Part shown: positions 27,805 to 40,000 of the stretch, piece by piece
How the letters are laid out: each line of letters opens with the position of its first letter
How positions within the stretch are numbered: position 1 is the first letter of the stretch
From: Balanoglossus misakiensis
Lineage: Eukaryota; Animalia; Hemichordata
Direction of reading: 5' to 3'
Assembly: GCA_040954595.2 (NCBI GenBank)
Contig: CM082590.2
Location: forward strand, 4,960,001 to 5,024,000
DNA: 64,000 nucleotides
Position numbers and translations under genes: made by a program
Notes under the pieces: model-generated
Told to the model about the DNA's origin: nothing
Databases searched by the model: none
Seen by the model: the letters and a program-made list of their open reading frames with translations, nothing else

Positions 27805-27925
27805 CTAATCATCATCATCATTGTTACTGTTTTTGTAACATCTTCATCATCATCATCATTGTCATCATCATCCTCATCATCATTATCATCATCATCACAA
27901 TCATCATTATCATCATCATCATTGT
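27805..27925. repeat. (CAT)n tract
   Basis: Directly visible. Confidence 0.85.
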
Positions 27926-28884
27926 AGTCATTATTTTTAGTTATTTTATTATCATCCTCCTATTATTCATCCTATTATTCCTAATCATTTTTTTTTCTCA
28001 TATTACATTTGTCTTTCAATTGTCATTGATTTTAAGAATATTACTGCTCCAAATTCAATGTGAATGGGGTGATCATCCTCATACCATGTCGTTTTTAATC
28101 CTCCCTACCTTAAATAGGTTTTAAGCTACCTAAGTGAGTGATGAAAATCTCATAATATGGTCGACACAATTTCAAGATGGCCGATTTTTGCCATGTTTAA
28201 GAAATGGGAGTTCATGAGCTAAAGTGATATTGAGTCTTTCTGAATCTTTGTAACAGAAAAAATAACAAAATGTGAAAAAAGTTTAATGAGTTTGATATGT
28301 TAAGTACAAAGACAGACATGTTTGACCAAAGGAAGTCATAACATACAGTAAACATATCATTTATTCTATCTCTTACTACAGTGAGTTGTCGACTTTTTAC
28401 CCAGAATGCAATTATTATAATGTGATTTGACCCCCTAGCACAAAGTGAGCACCTATTAAAGGCAGCCAGAATTCTGCACCATCTGCCAATTATGCAATAT
28501 TTAAGCTGTCACGTAAAACAATAAAGTAAATTGTATAAAAAATTTTACTTCCCTGCTCAAAGATCGGCTGCAATAATGTACATCCATTTCTGTAATCTTC
28601 AACTTTTTCCCACAAGTTCTGTCGGCTAGATCACATGGAAAGTTCCTCCTGCAATTTAAGAAAGTTGAAAACAATTTTGAGCACAAAATCAAAACTTTCA
28701 AAAAATATAGAAATCATGGGTAAGAGGAACTCATATGTTTTCATCTTCAAATTTGTATACAGTTGTTTATAAAACTGTTGCCAGTTCTCATCCACATATA
28801 AAAATGAGATAACTACAGAGCCTTATATTATAATCCTAAATTTTAAAATTTAGGAGAACATTTAATATAGTTCTAAGCAGGAAA

Positions 28885-29226
28885 GGACAAAGTCTCTCTT
28901 TGCTACCCTTTTCCCATTAATTATGTTTGATACAAGACACCGTTTATGTTAATGTATATGTGGATATATAGTGAATCAACGTTCAACCACACACACCTTC
29001 CATCCCGCTTGTAGACATGAGAGTGGAAAACTCGCCAAAATGAATAATCAGTGTCTACCATTTATTCATTTTGGGTGAGCTTTCACTCGCATATCATACA
29101 AGTGGTATGGAATTTGTGTGTTGTTGAATGTACATTCACTACATATACAAATGTTCATTAACATAAACAGTGTGTTGTATCCAACCTAATTAATGGGAAA
29201 AGGGCAGGGAGAGAGAGACTTTGTCC
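28885..29226. mobile_element. Old palindromic (foldback) MITE
   Basis: GGACAAAGTCTCTCT..CCCTTTTCCCATTAATTA / TAATTAATGGGAAAAGGG..AGAGAGACTTTGTCC; imperfect complementarity continues to the centre. Confidence 0.7.
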
Positions 29227-29989
29227 GTTTAACTTCCTAGGCAGAGAATGCTGAAATACTTGAATAGACGCACACATGGTCAATTGTCAATAGTCTCCTC
29301 AGTAAAAGCCCAGAAAATGTTACCACAGGCAGTTCAACATTAAGATGATACAGTTGGTGTTTGAATCAAGGGTGCTATTCTTTTGAACTTTATGCAAATG
29401 TGCAACTCAGATCATTGACTCAGAACAGCAGCTCACATTGTAAAATATTGGAAAATGCTTCACAAATCATCATTGATAATCATGATCACACCGAAAAAAG
29501 ATTAGATAGCACAATTTTATTCCTACACTTTACATGGGGTGTAGTTGCAGTGCAGTGTACAGACTAAAACTGCAATGGAATTCTCTGCAATTCTTACTCT
29601 CAATCTTGCCTTACTTTATGAATATTTTGTATACTAGTATGATTGTCATAATGGCAACAGAAAAAATGTCCCTCTCATTATCAAAAGACCCTTAAAGTGG
29701 AGACCACCGGCAAAAATGACCTCAAATCTCTGATCCTAGATTCACCACTGCAAAAACACACATTGTGTCGGCTGTGGAAAAATCATATTGACAGGCTAAA
29801 AATATTGTGTATGGAGACATTTACATAACCAAAACAAAAAAGTCCCACTATTTATAAAAAGTATGTTATCAGTGACCAGATGTGTTTGCCAACCTTTATA
29901 TGCCAAGGTTCAGAAGCGCAGCTGCAGCTGTTTCTGAGATCTAGGTGAACAAAAAATTAAAATGACTCAAGAAAAAAGAAGAAAAAACT

Positions 29990-30750
29990 CCAGTAATTAC
30001 AGTAGGGATCCCTAATTAAGACCCAAAACACCAAAAATTGCCCTAAGAACACAAATTTCACCAACACTTTTCATTACCTACTTGAGTTCCCACATGACAA
30101 TTCCCACAAAATGTCACAGCAATATTGCTTCAAAAGTGGTAAAAACACAAGAATGCAAATATCACCAGAATTGTACAATGTCTTACTTCAATCACCATAA
30201 GGAATATGCCTACAAAAATTCAAAGCAATCTGACAAACGGTTTCATAGAAAACAATTTTTTGCGCAAAATCCCCCAAAATTGCCCCAAGAACACAAATAT
30301 GGAAATTTCACCAACAAGGTATGTACGACAGCTTACTTTGGTTATCCCTAGGAACATGCCTACCAAAATCCTAATGATTCTGGACAAGAGGTTTCAGAGA
30401 AATGATTTTTTACCAAAAATCATAAAAATTACCCAAAAATTACAAATATGCAAATAATGCAACAAACTGGAAAAAATGACTTAGATTACCTATTGGAAGC
30501 TTCATAATAAATTTTAAAGCAATCAACCCATGATTGTTTACAGTCTATAATATAAAAAAAAGACTAAAATCTTCATAAAAATAGAAAATTCATGATATTA
30601 ACTAAAAACTTTGAGGACTGTGTGAGGTTCAGTGGTTGACATAAGGTACATGCATACCAATTTTCAAAGCAATTTGCCCAATAGTTGTTGAGTTTCAGAG
30701 TTTTGACCAATTTCACATGTTCAAGCTAATTTGCATATTTTTGAGAATGA
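29990..30750 (+). repeat. Dispersed repeat family copy, related to about 62200-62860
   Basis: Shared block GTTGTTGAGTTTC.GAGTTTT..ACC.ATTTCAC..GCTAATTTGCATATTTTT; boundaries approximate. Confidence 0.5.
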
Positions 30751-32639
30751 CAACTTCGTTTACATCAAGGTGATATGCCAAGTGGTTTCCAAGTTTTTTA
30801 TTTGGAATGACATACATACCATGGGACCTAAACACAACGTTTCAGTCAACTTTATGAGCGTTGCTACTCTAGTGAAATTCAAGTTGTAATTGCTAGGATA
30901 GAAATTTGTCTAGTCACGCTTTATATGGATAGTTTTGGTTAGCTATGGAACTACTGACTATTTGGCTTGTTGTATGAATACGACTATGAGTAAACATTCA
31001 TACAAACTCGTTATTATGATATAAAAAGCCTAAATATGCATCTGAAACCAAATTTTTCGCTTACTATGAATATGTGTTATAAAATTGAATCCTTGTCAAT
31101 GCTGGCCGGGGTCACAAATTATGTCACGGCATGTTTTTTCGTAAACACGATATTAAATTTAATTAAATAGGACCTAATGTACTCACTGAAACGTTGAAGT
31201 CGACCAACGATATTCCATGCACACTGTGTAACATCTTCAGAGGGACTCCAGCATAAAATTTGGATTCAAACGCGCACACAAATCATAATATTCTCGTCAG
31301 AGAGATAAAGTCCGCCATGACACCTTGTGACGCAATCGTGTAAAATTCCATTACGTTGGACAACTTCCACTGCCTGCGCTCGAAATACACAAGAAACTTG
31401 AACTGTTCATGATAAAACTTGCACCTGGACCCCTGGCGAATACTTGGAACCAGAATTTCAGGAATAATATTCCATTTTGAGGGCTTCGCGCTCCATTCAA
31501 TCCGAGCGATGGAAGTCAGAAGTTCAAATCGCCCCGCCATGACACCACGACTATACAGCGCCCCCAACGCCACCTTTTGTTTTTGTCTCTTCACAGCTCC
31601 GAGTCAGCTGGCTCCAAGTACGAGTGTTCATTGCAAGCCGTGTAATATATATAGGCCAGATGGCCCAGACTGCTATGAAAGTTTCCCCCGGGCAGTGTAT
31701 CTAATACAGCGGATGTTATATAGCGATTCCCTTTCGCTACAGTCACGGTGACGAGCAAAGCCATCCTTTCCTTTTAGCGTATAGCGCAGTCAGCGTGGGA
31801 ATGGGCGGGGGAACAGACCAGTACTGGAAAGTAAAACTGTAAAAGTAAAACGTCTTTTCATATTTTAATAGACGAACTCTGCAAAAGTTTTATTCCCAAA
31901 CATGAATTTTGAGATATTTAAAACTTGTATTTGATAGCAATTTAGGCCTACACTGGCCTACAGAATCAACATTTTTTCACATCGAGTAGGCTCGGATGCG
32001 TAACATTATGTACCGATCATGCCGATTTTGGAGAGAAAATTGTCCCCAAATGGCAAATATTTCCCTCAGCCCATAATTGGTGGGATAAATTCGTAGAGTC
32101 TGGTCGGAATGTCGGTTGATGAAGAGACGGGAACACGAGTAGAGTAGATTTAAACGCCAATGATAGGCCTATGACTTTATTTCAAAAAGGATCAACCGTG
32201 GATATACTGGACAAGGCCTGTAGTCCAGGCTGGACCCCACTCTGGAACGAACTCCTTTAGTGTAGAACAGGGTGTAGAATGAACTGGAATGTGTTGGAAC
32301 CCCCTGACTTTAGGAGCTGAAATCCACTCCTTTGTATATGCTGTAAAAGACAATAAATTTTCGCGAAATACGCGAGAGCCAAAATAGCGTGAAAATAAAA
32401 AGTCGCGTAAATTTTTTTGAAGATGACGATGCAGTGAATGAAATAAGAGAACGCGAATATTAAAACTCGGGAATTAGTGGGGCAGTTAACCAAAAAATCG
32501 TGCACTTTGGGTTAAAAGCATGAAACTTGGTACACTTATGCATTGACCTATGGCGGCCATTTTATGATATGGATCCAAAATGACAGCGCCCTCTAATGGC
32601 TAGAAACTGACGTTCACACTTTCCCCCCATTAATTAAGC

Positions 32640-33262
32640 ATTATATTATACCAGTATATTGATGGTGTAAATCACGCTATTTTATTGGTCGAGACATGAC
32701 ACGTGACTGTGATATATTAGCCATATACCACAGTCATATATCATAGTCAAAGATAATGCCTTTTTAAAATGTTTTATGCAAAGTTTCAATATACTGGCAT
32801 AATATAATAGCAATAAAACACCCCCAGCCATGGTATACCACGAGATTTTGACCAGTTCAACTCCATATACGCACTCGCTATCGCTCGTGCGTATATGTCG
32901 TGAACTGGTCAAAATCTCGTGGTATACCATGGCTGGGGGTGTTTTATTGCTTAAATAAAACACCCCCAGCCATGGTATACCACGAGATTTTGACCAGTTC
33001 ACGACATACACGCACGAGCGATAGCGAGTGCGTATATGGAGTTGAACTGGTCAAAATCGAGTGGTATACCATGGCTGGGGGTGTTTTATTGCAATTATAT
33101 TATGCCAGTATATTGAAACTTTGCATAAAACATTTTTAAAAGGCATTTTCTTTGACTATGATATATGACTGTGGTATATGGCTAATATATCACGGTCACG
33201 TGTCGTGTCTCGACCAATCAAATAGCGTGATTTACACCATCAATATACTGGTATAATATAAT
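32640..33262. mobile_element. About 620-bp palindrome made of two tail-to-tail copies of a small hairpin-ended non-autonomous element (Crypton-like architecture)
   Basis: Near-perfect inverted arms; each half ends in a ~140-bp hairpin AATAAAACACCCCCAGCC...GGCTGGGGGTGTTTTATT with a CACTCGCTATCGCTCGTG core. Confidence 0.8.
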
Positions 33263-34329
33263 GGCACTTTTTGGTCATTTGTAACACTCAGAAACAGGAA
33301 TATGGGTTGTAAAACATGCTTGCTACCATACATTCATGTGTATATTATCCTAATCCTGATATTATTAAAGTGTAAACATCTTCTGCATCTAAACGACCCG
33401 TTTTCAGAAATTCGAGTATGAATCGATTATAACCAAATTTCTTCCAGGAATTCTGAGTTTAAATTCCAACACACTGTTTAGTAACATCCCATGGGAAATG
33501 AATCAGCATTTAGGATAAACTATTTGCAAGCCACTGAAAAGACTTGAAAGACAGATGCGCCCTCATAGTTGTATTGAATGATTGATTTTCCTTTATCTAG
33601 TTTCCTTTTGTGTAAATTTTTTTGAGTGTTCGTAATTTTCTGTTTGATGTTTATTTTTCCCTTTGGTGTTTTGTTTTTAACTGTCACAGATGTTTCCTTA
33701 TTGGTCTCGCTTTGAATTTAAATTCATAATGGCTGTGTGAGGGCGCTAGACTTACGAAAAGGGTGTACACCAGTCAGGGTTCTAAGTTGGACTTGTCTGG
33801 TCCCCTTCCCCATTTCTGTAGTAGCATGGCTGCATTGTGTTACATGAAACAGGTTAAGTAAGGGAAAAACCATTCGATTTCAGGGGGGTTAAGGATTTGG
33901 GTATGTGATCCAGTTATTTTCACCCACTATATATATATATATATGTCTACATAATTTTTTTCTATTGCCAGACATACTTTTTTTTCTCAATGCATTGCAG
34001 AAAGTATACTCATCCCAGAAATCATAAAAAAATCAATTCAATATTTTTTTTCATTTGCCCCTCTGGGCAGTTTGCCTTGAAATACAAAATCTCAAATATG
34101 AGTTATAATTTTTTGATGCCAAAAATGTATTTTGAAATTTTCCATGAATCTGTCCAATGAACTACTAGGCGTAGGAATGTTTACAACAGATATAAAATGA
34201 ATATTTCAGCATTAAAGTTTTAATAATATATTCATCCTAAGAGCATCAATCATACATTTTGATAAAAGTAAATAAAAATACAAGATATTGGTATGACTTG
34301 TTTAATTAGCACCTTTTATGTTGTATATG

Positions 34330-34510
34330 TGTATGTACTGGTATGTGTATTTTATGTATGTATGTATGTATGCATGTATGTATGTATGTATGTATGTATG
34401 TATGTATGTATGTATGTATGTATGTATGTATGCACGTATGTACGTACGTATGTATGTATGTATGTATGTATGTACATGTATGTATGTATGTATGTATGTA
34501 TGTATGTATG
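34330..34510. repeat. (TATG)n microsatellite
   Basis: Directly visible. Confidence 0.95.
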
Positions 34511-35209
34511 AACCAATCTATGTATAGAATAAAAACATTACACCTTCACGCTACAATTAGTCAATAATCTTTACCCTTCCCATGGCTAAGATACGAAAAT
34601 TGGCGTCTATGCACCCATCTCTCTACTTTGCATACATAAGTAAGTATGAATTTGTGGTGAACATTTGGTGGACTTCCAGTCACCCATTTTTAAATGAAAG
34701 TAGAAAACATAAAATTCATACTCTCCCTGTCAAAAAAGGTTTCCAAAGACAGGTAACAATTTTAGCATTTTTACTCATTGTTGATGAGTTGCCATCTGTG
34801 AAGAGAACGAACTTTGTGAAAAGAAGCGATTTTGAATAATGTACTTGTGCAAACATTATATTGTATGTGTATTGGACAACAAAATGCCTTGGAAAGCAAT
34901 ACCATTCTACGGACATTATTCTACACTCATTTCAGTATTTAATTTAGAAAACTGTCTTCCACTTGCAATTTTCTGGTTAACATAAAAAAGTAATTAATTC
35001 CAAGAAATCTTTCATCGCTCATGAAAATCTCCCCAAATTAATGACCTAACCAATCAACTGAAAAAAAAAAACTGAATATAGAATGTTAGCTATTGTGTTT
35101 ATGAAATTTCTGAGTAGATATTTTGCAATAAAGGAAGCTATCTTATGGACTTGCTAAGTATATTTTTTTGGTTCGTTTGACAAGAGATTGTCTTTACGGA
35201 TGAGCTGTG

Positions 35210-35500
35210 ACCATTCTTGCATTCATGTCCATGGATGTGATGTGTCTATAGACATATTGTGATCAGACAAATTATTACAACTCTGGTATTCTGTTTACAA
35301 TGTACTTCAAGTAAAGTTGTTCACATTGACTTCATAAATGATCTGTGTCCATTCTTGCATTCATGTCCATGTACGTGATGTGTCTATAGACATATTGTGA
35401 TCAGACAAATTATTACAACTCTGGTATTCTGTTTACAATGTACTTCAAGTAAAGTTGTTCACATTGACTTCATAAATGATCTGTGTCCATGTCTATGTGA
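35210..35500. repeat. About 139-bp tandem duplication downstream of the ROCO stop codon (likely 3' UTR)
   Basis: CCATTCTTGCATTCATGTCCATG...CATAAATGATCTGTGTC occurs twice. Confidence 0.8.
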
Positions 35501-35614
35501 TGTGTCCATTGGCATATCGAGACGAGGACAGATTAAACTCCAGTGTTTGCCCCAGAAATTATAATGGTGGCAAATTTGCATAGAAATAATTGTTATGCCC
35601 ATGATGTTATCTGT

Positions 35615-37093
35615 TCATTTCGTTTGTGTTTTCGCAATTTCTTCGAACATCTCTTCAATCAACGCTACCATGTCATCTCTTCCCATGGTCTGGAAAATTG
35701 CCAACAGATTCTCAAAGTTGCTTTCGAAGAGGGGTCCCTCTACACGTGGATACTTCTGTCTTGCTTCTCCACTTGACATTCTTGCCATACGACCTTCGGT
35801 GGCATCGATGTCATGTGACATGGCTCTGGCACCTGCAGCTGTAGTTCTGTCTCTTCCACTTTGATGTTGTTTCCTCTCAGCACATATACGACACCACTCT
35901 TTGAAGAGGTACTCTGTAACTGGTCTGCCTGCCCGACCTGCAATCTCTTCAAATCCCATGGTATCCTGGCACTTAATGCCCATCAAATCTGCCATGCGGC
36001 CATAGCTCAGAGAAGGATCACGTTGAATGTCCATTCTCCTTGTCAGTTTTCTTCTGGTTTCTTCAAGCATCCATTTGATATCACAGCGTTTCCACTTCCT
36101 TCGTAAGATCGTTGTGTCATGACCTTGACAAAGCAGGTCACAAACATATTCTGCTTTACCAACTTTTTTGTTGTACACTTTCTTTCCCATGTCTTCTGCA
36201 CGTAGCACCTCATCGAGAGTGTAAAACTCTACTTTTTCCATGTTGTTGTGGTTTGCAAGAGAATCTGCACTCAGGATAAGCTGATTCATCCTGTTGCCTG
36301 GACATGCGATCGGGAAGACATCCTGTATGTCTTTGGAAACCATCTCAAGAAGCTTGTAGCCCTCACCAATCGACTTCTTGTCGTCAACTCGTATGCAGAC
36401 ATTGACTGCCCTTCTGCTATTGGTCATTAAGACAAGACCTTCAACATCATGGCACACTTTGATACCATTTCTCCATAAGCCACTGGGTGGCTGGCCGAGC
36501 TCTGTGAAATGCTTATATAGACGGGTCTGTAATCTTGGGAAAAAGCCTGCCGTAAAGGAATCTGTTTCATCGTGGCATTCAAAACGTCTTCCAAGGTAGA
36601 TGGTCTTCATTCGGCTCACCTCCCATTGACCTTCAGGCATATCGTCGTCTAGAAGCCCTGGTATGACGAAAGCTTTTCTCTGTTCTTCGTCACCTAAGGA
36701 GTCTGGTTCGCTATCTTCATCTGTGCTCCAATCACTCAATTCACTATCTTCAGTGGTGCTTAACTCACTGTCTTCATCTGTGGTGTGTCTTTTCTCGACT
36801 TGGTCTTCAGTGTTTGACTCAACATCTTCATCTGTAGGATCCACCTCAATATCCACTGGATAAGCAAGTTCGAAATCCTCCAGAAGTCGAACAAGAAGTT
36901 TGTAGTTGACACCTTTACCAAGTACATCCTTTATCGCACGAATGGAGTGAAAAGTCTGTCTGTCAAACCAGCTACTGAACTGTGCAAATAAATGGGTAGC
37001 TAACATCGGCCCAAAGATTCTGGAGCACAGCCATTTTGGATCCAATACAACAATATCTTCTTCGTCTGGAGATGACATCTTCACAAGCAAAAG
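35615..37093 (-). CDS. ROCO terminal exon: COR C-terminal part and death domain
   Basis: 491-aa ORF; TAG acceptor at 37094-37096. Confidence 0.9.
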   Translation of the reverse strand, partial: LLLVKMSSPDEEDIVVLDPKWLCSRIFGPMLATHLFAQFSSWFDRQTFHSIRAIKDVLGKGVNYKLLVRLLEDFELAYPVDIEVDPTDEDVESNTEDQVEKRHTTDEDSELSTTEDSELSDWSTDEDSEPDSLGDEEQRKAFVIPGLLDDDMPEGQWEVSRMKTIYLGRRFECHDETDSFTAGFFPRLQTRLYKHFTELGQPPSGLWRNGIKVCHDVEGLVLMTNSRRAVNVCIRVDDKKSIGEGYKLLEMVSKDIQDVFPIACPGNRMNQLILSADSLANHNNMEKVEFYTLDEVLRAEDMGKKVYNKKVGKAEYVCDLLCQGHDTTILRRKWKRCDIKWMLEETRRKLTRRMDIQRDPSLSYGRMADLMGIKCQDTMGFEEIAGRAGRPVTEYLFKEWCRICAERKQHQSGRDRTTAAGARAMSHDIDATEGRMARMSSGEARQKYPRVEGPLFESNFENLLAIFQTMGRDDMVALIEEMFEEIAKTQTK

Positions 37094-40000
37094 CTAAGGA
37101 CAGAAAAAGGGATATTTTAGCATACATGAACCAGATAGTTTCATAAAATTCGTTTAATACTCTCTGATTTAAAGCTATAATTGCACTAATTTGTTACATA
37201 TTCATTCAAATTAAATGAAATTGGTCAAACTATTTTTACCAGTTTCTAATCAATAAATTGCAAATTTGCATACAGACAACCTTGATGAGATCACGCAATT
37301 GATAATAGATATAAGCTGAATTGAAAGAAAGTTGAATTTGATAAATAATTCATTGCATAAATTTGCACATTTTCAGTACTAAACACATGAGCATATATAG
37401 TTCATAGTGAGATTCAATAAAATCTCTTCAGATATAATAATTATTTAATGGTTGCTAGGCAGTCAAAATGGATGAACAAATGTTGGTATGTACATCATGG
37501 TACATATCTTTTGTACCAAGTTATTATGATTGAAATTTTGGGACTCAAAATAGAATAAGAATTACAAATTAACTGAATTAATGTAAGATTCCATTTTGAG
37601 TCTCAAATTGCAATCATACATTAGGCCAAAATAAAAAATATGTGCATTTCCGATTACCCGACCTACCCTAATTTTAGCCCGCCGACCTTAAACATTTTAG
37701 AGCTTTGTAAAACGGAAGTTAAAAAAACAATGTCAAATATACAAAATGTATGAAAATTGCGAGAATCACACAAGAACTTTGAGTGATGTCATTCTTCTAC
37801 ACGACGGCGGCCAAAGAAATAAAAAAAAATATTGCAAAAAAAAAAAAAAAAAGCATTTCCTTTCCTACCTACCCTATTTTTGAAAACTATGTAAACGGAA
37901 CAGCACATATTATTTTTGGGGGGCCTAATGTATGTTTGCAGTTTGGGACTCAAAATGGAATTAGAATTACAATCATAATTATATTGATAACTAAAAACTA
38001 TGAAATCTGAATTTGTCACTAGAAACATTTTGGTACTTTTTTGGTATCACATACACTCATCCCAGAATTTGTACTAACAGAGAATGGATGAGCAACATGA
38101 TGTTTCTTGTTACTGACCTCTCCTATGTCATGCAGATAGTTGGTGGCTTTTCGTAAGAAACTTTCGTCAATCGTGGGGTATATTTCTTTGATTTCTGCCA
38201 CATATTCTGTCCAATAAAGAGCTGGGAAGTCATCATATAATTCCCTCTTCTTTTCCATTATCTTGGCACACACACTTGGAAGCACTTTCACTTTCTAAGA
38301 ATAAAGATGGGTACATCAATGTTTTTTTTTTAATTAATGCCCAAATAGCTGCCAGTTATGGCATATTGTTGTTATCAATAAAAAAACTCTCGACTTCTGG
38401 TTATCCTTGGCTGATAGACATTATTTGGAGTTTGTGGAGATGCTTATATTCATATATGCATACGACAATAGCTGCGTATTCTTACAATGCGAGGCTAAAT
38501 AAATGGGGGTGACACCCACTTATTATTTACCTTGTAAACATACAACCACAATCAGAGGTTGGTAATACATTTGTGTATACCCATTAGTAAGCTTTAAAGT
38601 TTAAATGGACCATTCAAAGTTTGAACGTAAAATCATTAAAATAACAAGTGACCTAGTCTAGAATCTATCCGTTCGTAGTCGCATTCACCCTACTACCGTC
38701 TAGGACCGCAGAACCAAAATCTAGTAAGGCCATAAAAATGGTAATTTGAATGTGAATAGTCTCCAACTGAGCAGTCTGACGTCAGAGAAGTCAATCACTT
38801 ACGTTGACCGACTACTGATTGGCCGTTGATGGCATGGGTGTTTCTTCATTATTATTCATATATGCCCAATTATGGCACATGTTGCAGCTGCATTGACAAT
38901 CGCGGGAAATTCGCAATGTAACTCCGCCCCGAATGATACATAATCATGATCACGTGGTGACGCTTGACGTCAGACTGCTCAGTTGGAGACTATTCACATT
39001 CAAATTACCATTTTTATGGCCTTACTAGATTTTGGTTCTGCGGTCCTAGACGGTAGTAGGGTGAATGCGACTACGAACGGATAGATTCTAGACTACAAGT
39101 GACCTATCGGTCAAAAGAGCTCTGCTGACTTTAACAGTGTAACCTGGGCAATGATATGAATACCCTAGGTTATAATTCATAACAATTGTATTCTATTGAA
39201 CAAAACCAAACATAGACATCACAAGTATTTATCCAAATTCAGCTTGATTCATTGTGATAAAGAAAGAAAGAAAGAATTGAATCCTAAAGAACAACATCAA
39301 AAGGAAGCACCAAGGTTCTAATTTGCATATTCATGACCCCATCAAATCCAAATGAACAAAATCAGGTAGGGACACCATAACACACATTCCTACCAAATGT
39401 CAGCTCCATAGTACATGTAGTTAGGGAGAAGAAGATTTTTTACCAAAAAATTTATTGTTAGATGTAATTTGCATATTTATGACCCCATCATATCCAAATA
39501 AACAAAATCAGGTAGGGGCATCATAACACACATTCCTACCAAATTTCAGCTCCATTGTACATGTAGTTGTGGAGAAGAAGATTTTTACCAAAATGTCTAT
39601 TTTTAGATCTAATTTGCATATTCATGACCCCATCATATCCAAATGAACAAAATCAGGTAGGGACACCATAACACACATTCCTACCAAATTTCAGCTCCAT
39701 AGTACATGTAGTTGTCAGTCTTCGGACTGAGCGCGATTCCCATTATCAAAACACCGCAAAGCATGCTGGGAATTTTCAGCACTCATTGACCTCTGTTATG
39801 GCGGCCAAGAACCCAGCGTACGTGGAGAGATTTCAATCCAATTTTTTTCCATGTTTTGAGAGTACTTGACAGATTTCGTTATCTTTGTGAAAATTATTGA
39901 AATAAAGCAATAAGAGAATCAAAGAGATGAATTCGGTAGATTTGCGAAAAATAAAAATAAAAGAGTTACCTTTGACCCCTTCTTTTTTAGCCTTCAGAGG

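Noticed and set aside
30770-32260. CpG-rich segment, possibly another non-autonomous transposon
   Set aside because: I could not identify matching termini, a TSD or a coding motif by eye.
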